Below, piece by piece: positions 23,401 through 38,400 of a DNA stretch of 64,000 nt. Location: NCBI GenBank assembly GCA_051294905.1, contig CM119372.1, positions 19,222,001-19,286,000 on the forward strand, written 5' to 3'. Every line of letters begins with the position of its first letter. The first letter of the stretch is position 1. The position numbers and the translations under genes were made by a program. This DNA comes from Botryllus schlosseri. Taxonomy: Eukaryota. The notes under the pieces were generated by a model. That model saw only the letters and a program-made list of their open reading frames with translations, searched no databases and was not told the origin of the DNA.

Positions 23401-26400
23401 TAGTATGTTTATTGATTTTCAGGCAAAATTTATGCAGGGCTCAGCAGAATTAATAACTTGTCTAAAGGTGTCTGCGACAGCAAAAAGGTTGGGAACCACT
23501 GTTTCAAACGATTTGTTAGCTACTTTCACGCAGTTGCAGCATGGTGCGGCATATGCCAAGTCTAAAGTAAACCATAAACTCTATCTTACGACACCATGCA
23601 GAAAATACGCTGAAAATTTTTTATTTCTAAGAATTTTCATTTCTGTAATTAATGGTCGAGCGTACAACTTTCTTCATTTTTGAATTGAGAGGATAAATTC
23701 CAAAATATTTAGCGGACAGGCAGGAGAGCCGCAACGGACTGGCGCTGGTCCGCGGACCGACGATTGAGAACCAATGGTCTGGGAGAATTGAAATTCATAG
23801 CAGAATAGGTGTTCTCATTCATTTTTCCAAAAATATAGACAACAATATCTTATAGTTCCCTCCGCTGGCAACGATGCAGAAATGCTGATACACAAAAATA
23901 TGACATCGAATGAGCCTAAAAGTGTTGATACGGTACCTGAAATATATCAGGCTGGCATGCAGCGAGGAACAGCAGACAAGCCATCCAGTGATGAATGATA
24001 ATTCCATATAGAACGCTGCTAATATGCTTTATCCATCTCCTTTGATACCTCACGTCGTCCAACCAGTACTCAAAGTATTTCACTACCTGAGACCGTACAG
24101 GAAATGATTTATTGGAAAAAAATCAACACACCAGCCATAAATTCACCTTGAAGACTTGCAAAACTTTTGTGAATCTCAACGTGGCGAAAAATTTCCACTG
24201 TTGCACTGTCCAGGGACCGGTGGCTGCTGCCATGGCAAACACTTCAAACGGGAACCATGAAATAAAATCAATGGCAAAGCTGGTTTTGATGTATCTCAAC
24301 GCCGTGCTTGTTGGGTTATACACGGCGATGTCTTTCTTGTTGAAGTAGATCATGTGAAGTTTGATATATTGATCGGCCAGAGAGAGTGCATCCAGCAGAT
24401 ATTGAACGGTTAACAGACCGGCATTATTGGGCAAAATCGCGGCCTGGAAATGGAAAATAGGTTTGGCGAGGGCGCTGAATAGAAAAAAAATACAAAATTG
24501 CTATGGTGGCAAAGTTGAGTTTTGCTATTAAACAAAAGCTTAAATTCCATGAAACGCTTGAAATTGTACGCTTTCTTTGCTGGGCAAGCATAAAAATATA
24601 CCCGCGTGGACAGTAGGCACTCTTGCCAAATAACATAGAACAAGAAATGCGAAGGTATCGTTATATTATAATATTGTTACGCAGCGACAGCCATTCTGGT
24701 AATAACATAGTCCCAAACAAAGCAGGCGCGTACCGTACCTTCGCAGCAATGCTTGTCAGCATTTTTTCACATTACATTTCATCAAAATTCTGTGAATTAG
24801 ACTTGGAATAGCCGGGAAATATCACATTGAGCAAGCAGGACGGGTGTTTTTATTTCAATTCAAAAACTGCGCTGAGATTATAAATCTACATCTCATTCAA
24901 CTAGAACGGTACCGGAACTAGCAAACTCATCCAGTAGCTTATATTGTGTAGGTTTGGGTGAATGAGAAGCTGAGAATTATATGCAGTAGGTGCCGTATAT
25001 ATTGTAATTTGATGGACTATTATTTGGTAATGCAATACAAACTCAAACTCGAAAAGAAAATTGCCAATACTAAAACAGTAACTTCATGTTATAGACATTC
25101 AGTAGACATGTATACTGCACAGCATCTAGGTCGGGGGCGGACAACTTCTCCAGTCGGCGAGCCGGATATGAGAAAATGAAGTACTTGACAGGCCGGATTC
25201 CTGACTCGATACATTTATTGCGAATTTAACCAGCTATACAAGGAATAAATCATGTAACGCAAACTTTAGGCGCCAGCCCCTGATCTAGGGAAAGAGTTGC
25301 TAGCCTCAATTCGTAACACAGGTCTTTCTATAAGTAAAAAACATTGAAAGTTCATGTTTAAAGTTACCATTTTGTTCCTGAGCAACTGCAGCAGATTGCT
25401 TCAAAACATATCTATTTTCACACAAATACACACGAAAGGAAGTCTGAAGCTTTGATAGAAGTAACCCTAAATGCCAGATTACGTCATCTCAACTCATTTT
25501 GTGTCACTGTCCAAGGGTGATAGCTGGCCATATCCATAATACGAGATAAAAAAGTCACCTGCAGAGGCACGATGAACATCGTCAAGATGATGAGCACGCA
25601 TCTGGCGCTCTCATAGATGATATACTCTCTGCTAGATGGGTTGAAAGTGAACGGCAGTAGAAGATACGCCAGAAGACGGCTGACTGGATTCATCTCATCC
25701 CTGATCTTTTTAGACGCAGTTAGGTCCTCATCGTTTAGTTTGTTGACAAAAGGATCTTTCGCAACCTTCTCTCCGTAAAGCGAAATCCCGCAGTCCAGTT
25801 TTTCGATGCGGTAACGCTGACTCATGTCAATACTGTAAAAAGTCACAGTTGCTCTCGGCCACAGTACGGACTGTTAGTAGTTGACGACTAAATTATGTGC
25901 CATAAGTCCCGCGCATTTGGTCGGCACAGATATTTTGATTGACAACAAATCATGATAGAATAATTTAATAGTAAATGCAATGACACATCTCGAACCATAA
26001 CATGAATAAATGTTTTCAACAAAACCCAAGCATCAAACCACGCTGGTGGTTTTGTTGGGACCTACTTCTATGATGTATCACAGATGGGCAATTTTAAAAT
26101 TTTGGAATGCAAATCCATCTATTCCAGCTAGAAATTTGAAATTCAAAGCCACAATATGTCATCAAATTGAAGACTCCTGTGGAAACACCCTGGAAAATCT
26201 TGCTATCGAATCAATTATTCAATCAGAATTAAATCTTTTTACGATGTCCTGTTATTATAAACCATAAGTGTGGCCCCAAATTATGTTGCAAATTCAGTAG
26301 AAATGGGATCACCTCATGAGTAGGTGCAGAAAATTAGAATCGGTTAAGGAAAAAACAATTTTTCGCATACCCATCTCGAATGCTGTTTTTTCTGGTATCG

Positions 26401-29400
26401 ATGGCTTCCAGTATATTCTTCCGGTACATTTCGTTTTTCTCGATTATTTCCATTTGCGATTTCAAAATCGGAAATGAACGCAACACTAGATCAATGTCGT
26501 CGCGGGTCAACATGATAATTTCGCAGGATGTGTCAGCAATCACAGTTCTCGGAGATGCGCATCCAAACAAAATCTGAATTCGATTTCACAACGATGGGAT
26601 TCGGGTTAGTCGAAATGAAATGTACCTCTGTCTCGCCAAAGTAGTCTCCAGGTGTTAAATGATCGATGGTGTGCTTCAGATCTGGCGTCACGACGTAGCA
26701 ATGTCCTTGTTTGACAATGCAAAGATTACGGGACAAATCGCCCTGAGAAAAGGAGCAACAGATCAAATCAAATATATAAGACGGAAAAAATTCAAGTGGA
26801 ATCAGTGCAAATAGAGCAAGGAGCTACAATTGTACCACATACTTCAAAGTTTGTTGTTGCCATTGTTAAAATGTGTACTACGTGGTCCATAACTTTGACT
26901 GCTACATCATATTTTTCCATATTGGCTTCGTTTTGGAATTTGATCAAATCCGTTTAGTGTGCCAATTACACTTGATAAGAGTCACCCGAAAAGTCTTCCA
27001 GTTTTAAGAAATGCATTACTGCGATGGACATTGTGACAGTGTTGGGATGACTCGAGTCATGACTTGACTCGAGTCACCTTTTTCGCATGACTTGACTTGA
27101 CTCGAGTCACTTTGCTAAAATGACTTGACTTGACTCGGCGTATCAGAAATATGGATTGACTCGTGACTCGGAGCAAAATTCACGAGTCAATTTCAAGTCA
27201 TCAAGTAATCGGTGTCGATAAAAATCACTGTATCTTGCATATATTCGGATTGTTCGCGAAACTCTGGTGTAACCCTTGAGGGCGACCAATCATTCAATGA
27301 TCGTGTGTTTCACTGTGCCTCGATTGTTCTCTCACAAATCAATTGACTGCAAACAAAGTGATAGAAGCTTACAACTTACGTTGTCGTAACTCTAGTAGTA
27401 AAGTAATAAAGTAGCAAAGTGTCTATTTCTGTTCTTACCTTAACCAAACCTCTTGTTTTATTGAAATTGAATTATAATATAGTTTCTATAGTTCTTAACC
27501 ATTGGCGCAGGTTCGAATTATATCATATCTATTTATAAATAGGTAATGTATTGCATCTTATCAAGTCGTTTCTCTATTCTCTATTTTGGCCGATAACTAT
27601 AAACTGAAGCTATGCAATTACGTAGTATACCAGTTCTACGTATAAGTGAGCGATACAGCGTCTTCTTACGTGTATATTTAACTCTATATTCGTTCATCGG
27701 TTCGGAATCAATGATCACTCAATCTGTATTTCAGACAGCTAGCAAATTGAAATGACGTGATCATGCCTCATCCTTCGAAAAAGCAACTTGACTTGAAATG
27801 TGACTTGACTCGTGACTTGACTTGACTTGACTTGACTCGAGTCACCTCCAAAAATCGAGTGGCTTGACTTGACTCGAGTCACCTTTGAAAATCGATTGAC
27901 TTGACTTGACTCGAGTCAAAATGCGAAATGACTCGAATTGACTCGTGACTCGAAGGTAGTGACATGATCCCAACACTACATTGTGACAGAAGCAATCTTC
28001 AGAGTACAAGTGTATACTGTATAATGCATGCAGGGAATTTTATCAAGAATCTCATAATCTGCAAGCTCTACATAAAATTATATAATCGAAAGGTCAGGTA
28101 ACTAAAAGAGCTTTAATCATAACTGGATTTTATGATCTCACAAAGGTAACCTGTCACAAGAACAACAGTCCTCGCAAAGAACGATTACCGTATCAATATA
28201 ATATCAATGTAAAAACCTACCTCATAAATCACTACATCGCCAGCCGCATAGTGGTAAGATTGCGCATGACCGCAAAGCATCGCAACAAAAGACGAATCCA
28301 CATCATAAAAGAAGGGCAGAGACTTCACCAATTCATTCACACTTTCGTACAGCAACGCGCCGTGCAAGGCTTCGGGGAGTTCCCTGCCAATTGTTTCGAT
28401 ACCAGGGGTGGCGGTGCCCCGATAACGGTGCCATTCCAGAAATCTACAGTCCAAGACTCTCTTTACCAGACAAGTTGGAACCTTGAAAGGATAGTTGAAA
28501 ATAGTTGAGCCGGCACGAAAATTTGACACTGAGAGCCGGCATCTTGCCGGGTGTAATTTTGGGTGGACAAATATCAGTGAAGAAGATTAGGGTGTGGCAA
28601 TTCTCAGCAAAACACGAGATACATCAACGAAGTGTGTCGTTACTTGACATTATAATAGGGTTGCTGTAGAATTCCCATGCGCAGTTATGTTCATTAGAAG
28701 ACTTCATCACCATGGCACAACAACATCTGAATTAGATTATGCAAAGTCACACTGCTGTAATAGCCTACAGGTTAACCCAGCCACTGACGAGCCAAGCCTA
28801 TTCTAGTCTAGTCCTAGTCAAAGGTAAATGGGTAGGGTTGTCGCAGAAAGCGCATTTATTGTAAAACTACGGTCAAACTATATTGAGAATCACTGACCCG
28901 CACTGAAAACCACTATGCAGGAAAAGTTGAATGACACTGTGGTAATATAAGTTCATTTTTCTATATCTTGAAACAGGAAACAAAGCAAAACCATGTGCGT
29001 CATTTAGTCCCAAAATGTATAAAATTTTGATCACAAAATAGATGCTAGTTGGTGTGACATTATTGACTTCAATGTTTACCGCATTCAAAGTAGCGGATTT
29101 CTTTTGACATGTATCAACACGCAGATCGGTTACTGAGATTTACAATACGAAATCAAGTGATTAAAATTAGAATCAAATTATGGAATACTCTAATGTGCTT
29201 TCTCTTAAAAGTGAGCAACAAGGTTATATAATAATGGAGCAATGAGCATTGAGCATACATCCCGCCATATAAAATCATTGGTGGCATTTTCAAATTGTCT
29301 TATTATCATCCAAGACATAGCTCAACCATCATGTCAAACAGCATGTAGAAATCTGACTAGAGGAATTTCAACAACATACCAAAGTGAGTGACATGAGCAC

Positions 29401-32400
29401 CTGTGCAATTCAATGTTATTAGATAAACATACCCCATGAACTGTCAAATACTGCGTTGTGGATACAATTGAATTCATGAAGCTCACGAACGCCGCCTCAC
29501 TGTTGGATACAGTGGATGCAATTACGGCAATCAACCATCCATACAGCAACGTTCCGATGATCATAGTTATCAATGCGAACATGCGACCGGTAGTAGTACT
29601 TGCTGATATATCCCCATAACTAATAGATAATAGAACAGAGTGGATTATTCTGGCACCACAACAACGCAGAGAACATACCCGGTGCTGGTCAAGGTAGTAG
29701 AAGCCCAGTACATGGTTTTGATGTAATCTTCAAAGTTGCTGGTGTCAAAATCCAAATTGAATACCCATGCCCAAGAGCCAATTCTACATTTTGTCGGGAA
29801 CAGCGTCTGATCGCTTGAAATGAGAAAATAAAAGCAATGAAAATAGAACGCATGGTGCTACATAAAGGGAGAGAGGGAAAGAAAGGAAAGGACGTAGTTT
29901 ATTTTTGTCCTTGATGTTTTTGCGGCATATACACCGACTCATGATACACATACACACGATCTGCGCATATGCATATCACGAGTGCACGATATGCATATGC
30001 CGCTGGACAAGGAAGGCTGTACACCACCCCTCTATGCTATTCCAGTAATGCATGAGCGCCAAGCAGGGAAGCCATGGATACCAGTGATACTAATCAGGTC
30101 TTTCGTCTGACCCGGCCGGGGATCGAACCCACGACCTACCGATCAAGAAGCCGGACGCTTAACCATTACGCTATCTTGTCGGGAAAGAGATTGTAATGAA
30201 TCTATAAAAATTGAATTCAGACGAATTGTCATAAAAGCAATTATAAAGTTTGATGTCCTGGCAGATGAACGACTCAGTTCGTATTAACCAAAAATACATT
30301 TCACTACCTAAAAAACAATACAGTGTGCTGCCATTGTAAAGCACACTCCAAGTGACATTAAAAATTTCATGAAACCAATTTCAGGAACACCAAATCGAGC
30401 AAGAAAACTTCAGCAAATTCCAATCCATTTCTGCCTACCTCTGCATGATATAACCGCAAGACCACCAGTAGAAGAATCCTGAGCAGACATGTGTGAACGT
30501 GTAGATGTAAATAACAAATTTGATGACTCTTATTCTGACGATCTGAACATCCAGTGAATATTCCCATTTCGCAAACTGCCTCGGGACGAATCGGAAATAA
30601 CAGATGGCCCGATTGATTCTGAGATAGATCCACATGTGGTAAATGCCCAGTCTCGACAACGGTAGCATGGGGGCGATGATTTCCAGCGGGAAGACTCCCA
30701 TGAGATCCAGCCAAAAGCGATCCCATCTCAGGTAGTGTTCTTTTATGTCTTTGAACTGTGTCAAGATACCTGAAAAGTTTTATGATAGTGTGACGAGATT
30801 TTCTCTATGCCACATATTTACTGGTTGTCTGCGACAAAACAATTTCACTGTCAAACCAAATTAGTCCCCCTTCAGTTATAAAAACATCAAATAGTACTCA
30901 AGATATTGCTGCCGGTGAAGAATCAAGTAAAAACAGCAGACTGCCTACTTGCTATTTAAAAAGTCAAAAGGTTCTGGAACCGAACGCATGCCTTTGTGAC
31001 GAACATTCCATACACATTCAATAACACATCAGTTGCTACTTGCTTGAATACATGCAGTGCCACTAATCGATTAATTAGCTTACCATTAGGCATCTTAACG
31101 GCAGTTCTCAAATGAACCAGAATATTGAGGTAAAATGACAGATCCACAAGGAAATATGCAATGAAGATTTGCACTATGCCGCCGTCGGTCTCAGTATTGT
31201 AACCGGAAAAAGTAACGTCATAAGAGCCCGGAATTGAGATGCTGAAATACACAATGCTTTCGTATAGTAAAGCCCTCGAAAATCACAACTCAACATAACG
31301 TACTTGTAACCATCAGAGGAATTTCCAGTTATTCTGTTTGCAAATGTAGTATTGAGGTCTTGCAGACATTGAATCAATATATTTTGCGTCGCAGACGACC
31401 CACAGTTATTCAATTCTGTAAGATCGTCAAATTCGCCAGAATACTCCGCAATGCTCTGAAGGGGAAGGGACTCCAAGTCAGATCCGACATAAAATCTCTC
31501 TGAAAAGCACAGTTGATAAGCACACAAACCAAATTGACAGAACTTGTAGTGCAACTGACCCATTCCTGGCGTTGTTACAAAGAATAGCATAAAGGTAGTG
31601 TACAGCCCCGAGAAGAAAGACATGTAGAAACGGTAGGTTTCCCAGTATTTTGCGAATTTTCCATCCGGATGTATTATGGTGATACTGCCAAGTCTTTGCA
31701 ACGCAGTGGTTTTGTCTGGGTCCTTGAACGAATTATAATGGCATTTAAATATATATCAATCCGTGATGACATTGGAAATAAGTAGTCATGGTCGGCAGGC
31801 GCGTAGCCAGCCGAAAAATAAGGGGGGGGTTTGAAATAAAAGGGGGGGGTTCGATTTTTTCCGAATTTTGTAACATAGCATCGATTCGTTAGGGTTAAGT
31901 ACATGTGATGCGTAAATAACGATTATAAAACATTCCCGTGTTGGCGATTATGGGCGTATGATAAGCTTGTCGACGAGTCCGGAAGTGCTGTTAATTAACG
32001 ACTCCCTGATCTGTCGTGAACAATCAGAAACGCACTCGTCGAACATTTGAAAACACGCGCTTATCAACGCGCCGAACAATTAAATTCGCGCGCTTATCAC
32101 AGCGTCCAACAATTAAATACGCCCGCTCATCAATGCGTCTTGCGTCTTACGTAGCCTCGTGACGAATTGCGCAAGTAAAAATGTACGAGGTTTTATGGAA
32201 TATGTTCTATAATAACGCCGATTTCAGGTGGCTCCAACCTTACTTCTTTCATAACTCAAGCCTACTGGACTATAACTGAAGACTAGTGGAAATCAATTAC
32301 GCATGTACGTACGCACGCGTCGAACATGATTGCGGACATTCGATGTCGTTCAGTTACGAGATGTCACTCTTTAATCACAATCGCTAATCAGCATATACTT

Positions 32401-35400
32401 AATCGCATTTTATCCAAGCCATCGAGAAATAGGAGCCAAAGCATGGTAGGCCCAAGACGCGGTAGTTAGGCTAGCGATATCTTTAGTACTAGGCCTATTG
32501 CAGATGCGATTGTGTAGGCAAGCGAAGACATCGTGCACACCAAGCCAATGCAGATGTGATTGTGAAGGCCAGTGACGATATCGTGCGCATAGGGCCTATT
32601 GCAGATGTGATTATTCAAGCCAGCGGAATTAGGCTTGTTGGAGACGCGGTAAATCAGGCTAGTAATAATTGCCGAACGCGCGACAATGAATGACCTGATT
32701 TCGCAATCATCTCAGCGGGAGATCGTGTCGCGTTACATTGTGCAGTGCAATGCGCTGCGCATGGACGAATCTCGCTAATTAGCAATACGACTTTCGTTAA
32801 TTGGCCGCGCCTTTCGTTATTGGCCGCGCGCAATACTGATAATACAACTTATTGAATTGCAACCGAGTATTAGCGTCAGAGCGGTCATTTAAAAAGGATG
32901 AGGTTTCGCGTTAAAGGAGGGGGTTTCGCGTTTCTAAAGGAGGGGGTTTCGACCCCCGAAACCCCCCCCCTGGCTACGCGCCTGATGGTCGGATTCAACA
33001 AACATAAAATTCAAATCTACCCTAAAATTGGAAAATAATTTTTATAATATTGTGATTGATTCAGGAACACTATGTCTTATTTTCAAAACGAAAGATATCA
33101 TTATACAGACATATAAAAATTCCACAACAAAATTAGTGCACTCTACGACATAGGAAATATATATATCGGCGGTCTCCAGCTGTTTCAAGGATAATAATTT
33201 GCATTGACAACTACATTAACTTGACCAGGCTAATTTTGAAATATAACAAGTGTTCCTGGCGGTTCAAATACTGTCAGTGATATATTGAGACGAGCAGATT
33301 TTGCAACTTTGTTTTTTGAAAAATCGACTAATGAGATTTGCAAAAATTGTAAAGAGACTATTGAAACATGATTTTATGACGTAACAAAAGCCAGACAGAC
33401 GCTGAACATTTGCTTCAATGCTGACTTTAAAATCAATCATGAAGATTCGGGCCAACCCTTTTCAAGTAAAACCATCTTGGAAACTTTGCGCAACCATAAA
33501 AATAGATAGCATAATAAAGATATGCATAATTCATGGACCAATCGAAATCTCAGAATTGAAATTATAAACCATCGATTAATGGCACATTCCGTGTTTGACA
33601 AGGTATTTTATGACAAGTCCAAGCTTGAGTGATCACTTCTAACGCCACAGTTGAAGTTGAGTCGATGGCTAGCGGTATTGCTCGGGTTATTCTGTGGTTA
33701 TGCTTTTATGCCAATCCCACCATCAGTACAGAAAATCTCTAGACGTTATCAGTCTCGAGTTTCGACATGGTCCACCCTACAAACCATCAATGGCACAGAC
33801 AACTCTCCTCTAGGACATTGACAAAACAACTTCATGTCACAATAAGATGAAGAAACAACCACAAGCTTATATTGTATTGTAGATCAAATAGGACCAAACC
33901 TCTAGCTTGGTGTGGCTTCCAAGAGCATCTTTCAAATCCTTGACATTGGCCTGCTCCGCAATCAACTCCGTTCCATCAAACAATTTCGCAGATGATCGCT
34001 TTCTAGCCTCCGTAGACGTTTTGCCATTGATCACAAACTCCACCAATGACGGTTTAGGTCCTGTTTCATTGTTCAGCTATATCAATATAATGGCCAATGT
34101 GGTAGGTATAGTCCACTATTGGTGTATAATATTATGAAAACACATTTTGATGTAAAATCGTGTCTTTATTGATGGATCAATCAAGATATAAGACGTAGTG
34201 GACACTGCGTTAGAGTTACATTTCTAGTGTACCAGTAAATCAGAGGAAGTATGAATCCTGTCGGGTGTACCCACACAATCCAGTACCTTGCTCGACTGAA
34301 TCCTGCACTTCCCGGTCGTCTCCACGTCTGCCTTGCATCACAACTCGAGAAAGATCAATCCCCTTGTAGTCAGTCGCATAGACAGTGGTCATCCTTCTTG
34401 TAAAATCGGTCTCCGAAATCACAGAATTGAGATTGCTCCCCTGCGGATGGCTCTGGTCCACGTCAGAGCCGAGACCAGCAGCTAAAGTCATTCTGCGGTT
34501 GCGGACGGTTGTTTTCCTAAAAAGAATTTCAGTGCAGGAAATAGATTCACAAGATTCGTTGGATTCTTACTCAATACTGTGCCGGAAGTTGGATATCGAT
34601 GGAGCTTTCATAGGCCACTGCCGGCCACCTTCTTCACATTTCAACCTGGCAGCCTCTACAAATTGCTTTGCCGCTGTATAACATAAGATGCAGATAACAG
34701 ATTCACAGGAAACACCCAAGCGATAATCAATCAATCAGGTTTATTAATATTTTCATCGTTTCAAAAACATCACAAGACTGCGATACAATGAAAAGATAGG
34801 AAGGTGTCGAAACAACTTCGAGTAGCCTTTAATATCAGACACCCACATTGGCCTAGGCGAAGTAAATAAGCATAATACAAACCAAACAATGTGGATGTAT
34901 CCATTTACGTAAAACTACTGTAACTCTAAATTTTTTAAATTGCCATCATTAACACGATGGCTTTAATACAGTCGAATAAAGATTAACATCGAACAATTGA
35001 TATCGGACGCTAGGCTGAGGTGAATGATAATCAGGAGACTATAACTGGTCGTTTTCGCATACTTCAGTCCTATCTGTTCATTACATTCCATTGTGTCTTG
35101 TGTATTGTGCGTTTCGAGCGGATAAACATGTATAATCTGACGATTATCATTATCAGCGGGTTTACTTGTATTTGAACGTGTCTCAGGAACAGAATAAGTT
35201 GCACGAAACATGTATCAAGTGATTTAAATTGGCAAAATTTTCAATCTTCCGTTACATAAATGAGATATATGAGCTTGCTTATCTGCAAGTGATATAATGA
35301 TGCTGTCTTGATTACATTAGGTTTATCATATTTTGAGATCCGAAACAGAGGACACTTTTCAAAAATTCTGAAAGCTCCAGAACCGGAAAAGAAAACTGGT

Positions 35401-38400
35401 GATTTTATTTTGAAAACTTTTTGACCGATAGTACTGTGTTGACTAGAGAGAGATGATATTATTTTTCGCCGCACCATCGAGATGCTTTGACGACGGAGAT
35501 GCGATACGGCCTTTACAGTAAGGTCATCTAGTCTACACCTCCATTTATTCTCCTCCATGGTATTCATGATTGCTGAGCGCCTAGCACAGGGGTTCTCAGC
35601 CGCTCTTTGCCCGTGGCCCATTTTCCGGTTTGAAAGTATTCTGTGGCCCACCTCTTATTCTAGACTAGAGTCATAGTACCATTCATGATCATCGCTGGCG
35701 CATATATGCCTATTTCTCAAAAATCTGCATAATTTTCTGTTACTGATCATTACAAATGTAGGCCTACAAATCAAAGAAATCGCGGGAAGCGCGACGAAAA
35801 TTTTCATGTTGAATAAATCTCCTCCAACAAACAAAAGACCGAAGGAATTTGGGCCCCTTTGAGCTCCCCCCAATTGGGAGTTTTAGGTGCGGCAGTTACG
35901 GTCCTGGTAGATCGTATAACTCTTTGTGTACATTAATATGGCACTGTTCCACTCACGTCGCGAAACCTAATAATCTAATCCCCGCACCCACTATGTGATT
36001 GCAGTTTTAGTTCCACTATGGCGCGAATTGGCGCTGAGCCAGCTTCAAATAATTCTTTGGAGAAAGAGATATACTGCACAGATGGGGAGAAAGAATATTT
36101 CAATGTTCATACAATGTACATTTAGTATGTCCTGTATCTGCTGAAGTTGCGATGTCAGAACATTCAATCCAATGATACAATCATTTCATGTGACTCTTAC
36201 ATTATGTACAATGATTTCAAGGCCGGAAATTTTAAACCGACTCCAAACATTAATGTGCTGCTCTAAATCCTCAATACATTACAATTCGTTGCGGTGGTGC
36301 CGTATACTTCGATAGGAAGTTGAATTGATAATACATTGTGATTATGGCTATTTTTATATTACAATAATACGACCTGCCAAGGTACCGTAAATCAACATCA
36401 AATACACTTCTGTCCGAGTTTAATGCAAACCCCTTTCAACGGCATACGATATACGACCCTGCTGGAATACTTGGTCACTTCAGCAGATCAGTACTAACTT
36501 CAAGTTAATATATAACCGGGGGATAAAAGCCTCCGTTTCCCCACCCATTTTTGACTTGTAGATCGTGACTCCATACGTGCCATTACGTCCCATCAGAGTC
36601 GGATGAAAAACTTAAGGTAGCCCACGTATAATTTGGTAATATGAATATGTTTTTGAGCAAATAACATAACAACCAAACTTTTACTAGTTCTACAATATTC
36701 CAAATAACTCTGTGGCCCACCCTTTGAGAACCCCTGGCTTAGCATGATAGCCGCGGATACCAGTTTTCGAATCTTTGGTCTGACCTGGCCGGGGATTGAA
36801 CCCACGACCTACTGACCAAGAAGCCGGACGCTTCACCATTACACTATCTCGCTCAAAAAAATAGCTAAGAGATTGGAAAAGGAAAGAGAAAATTAATTGC
36901 TCCCTGGGTATTGCTTTGAAGGATGCACAACTTTAAACTTTCCAAATGTCGAATCAGATTTCGGCAGGTTTCTGTCTGGTTGATCGTAATAATCGTAGGC
37001 TTTTATATTTTCATCCATGATAGATCGATTCCAAACCATTTCAATTGTAACCAAATTTGATCCCCTAGATTACAGTTCGTCATCATTATTGACATTCTCT
37101 GGACTGCGGATTTCAAGAGCTCCTGGATGACAACAGAGCAAAGAAGTTTTGAACAGTCTATGAAGGGTCGTGGACCACTTTGTTGAGAGACCAACTGTGT
37201 ATTGCCTCAAGCACACATGGCTTAAACAACATCTTGTTACAAATTAGCTATAAACAGATTTTATCAACAACCTTCTGGATATTCCGAGATCACACGTCTA
37301 AAGTCGTGTTTGTCAAGAATGAAAACATCGCAATTGGTTCGGCAGCGTATCGAGTTGATGCGGGGTAGGTCAAAAACCAACAAAATTTGTCCAAAGAGCT
37401 TTCCTTCATGAAGAACGGCAACAACATCTTTCTCATCCGAATCGAGAACCTGAGTTATTAATGACTTGAAAATTACCGAAAGATCGCAAGAATTTGCATG
37501 AAACTGTACCTCCACCATACCACTTTGAATGTAACACATTGCATCGGCTATTTCTCCAGATCTTTGGATGAATTGGTTTTCAAGATAAACCATCGGTTTC
37601 GACACTAAAGAGAGATTCCTGCGAAACGCATCTTCAGTGGAACTCAAGAGATCAGCCTGAACATTAAAAAAGCAAAAACAATTAGAACTAGGGTGAGAAA
37701 CTCATGGCCGTCGAGAGCCTTTTGACGGTTTGTTTGAAAATGCATAAGCCGATAGGTGTGATGGGACTATTGATCTCAATTATAGACCCCACCGCTTCCA
37801 ATGCAGTTCTCAGTTATGTTTGTAGCTTGAATAACCAAGTAATATATACGGACGTATTTAACTCTGATTTACAAGATGAGAAAAATATACATGAGCTACC
37901 AGCTAACGTAACAAAATATATAACAGTAGAGGTGGTTAATACAAATCCATATATTTGACATAAAAACGATCTCTATGAACGATGTCAAAAGAACATATGA
38001 ATTACAATTGAGCAGTTACAATGCAAAAAAATCAAAATTATGCTACCATAATATTGTAGAAATTATTCCTATTTTACTACGAGATTTTCAAGTCTGAAAT
38101 TTTTCAGTACCTTCTCGATCAAGTGCTTGAAAGTAGCCTCAGAAAAGCTTGCTTGGAGAGATGGTGGAAGAATTTCTAGCACTCCACTCTTCTGCACATC
38201 CTCTCCCTCCCATCTATGCCACAGGTAGTCAAAATAACGTAAACACAAACTTTTCACCTCGGCGCTAACTCCCATTGTGTTCTGAAAATTCGTCTAGCGG
38301 TAAAAGCACCAATGATCTTCATTACCAGATTGAAAATAATTTCTCACCACTTCCGACTTGAAAGCTGTGTAGCGATGTACAAATGAAGATCGACGAGCAT

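Larger units (their letters stand above)
18854..25832 (-). other. CNGK repeat III (exons 20-28)
   Basis: FAIDFISWFPFE; HHWMACLLF; pore YFVSIYWSTATLVCVGYGDIHAE; CNBD RGDVGEEMYFIQRG...QHFGE|ISLLFASPRARTIVA. Confidence 0.85.
26371..31722 (-). other. CNGK repeat II (exons 11-19)
   Basis: IIHPDGKFAKYWE; FWLDLMGVFPLE; pore YIKTMYWASTTLTSTG|YGDISAS (split by a 59-nt intron); CNBD DYFGETE|ILFGCASPRTVIA. Confidence 0.85.

Noticed and set aside
24049..24086. Apparent 38-nt micro-exon with donor AG|GTATCA
   Set aside because: The frame reads straight through into S5 (HHWMAC) up to the donor at 23937.
27037..27978. Regularly spaced GACTCGAGTC palindromes resembling a CRISPR array
   Set aside because: Eukaryotic context, no unique constant-length spacers, no cas genes; they are subterminal repeats between TIRs with a TSD.
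36890..37200. Short open frames after CNGK exon 7 as a possible exon
   Set aside because: Exon 7 splices in phase to 34673, giving a proper CNBD C-helix; the frames here run into stops.
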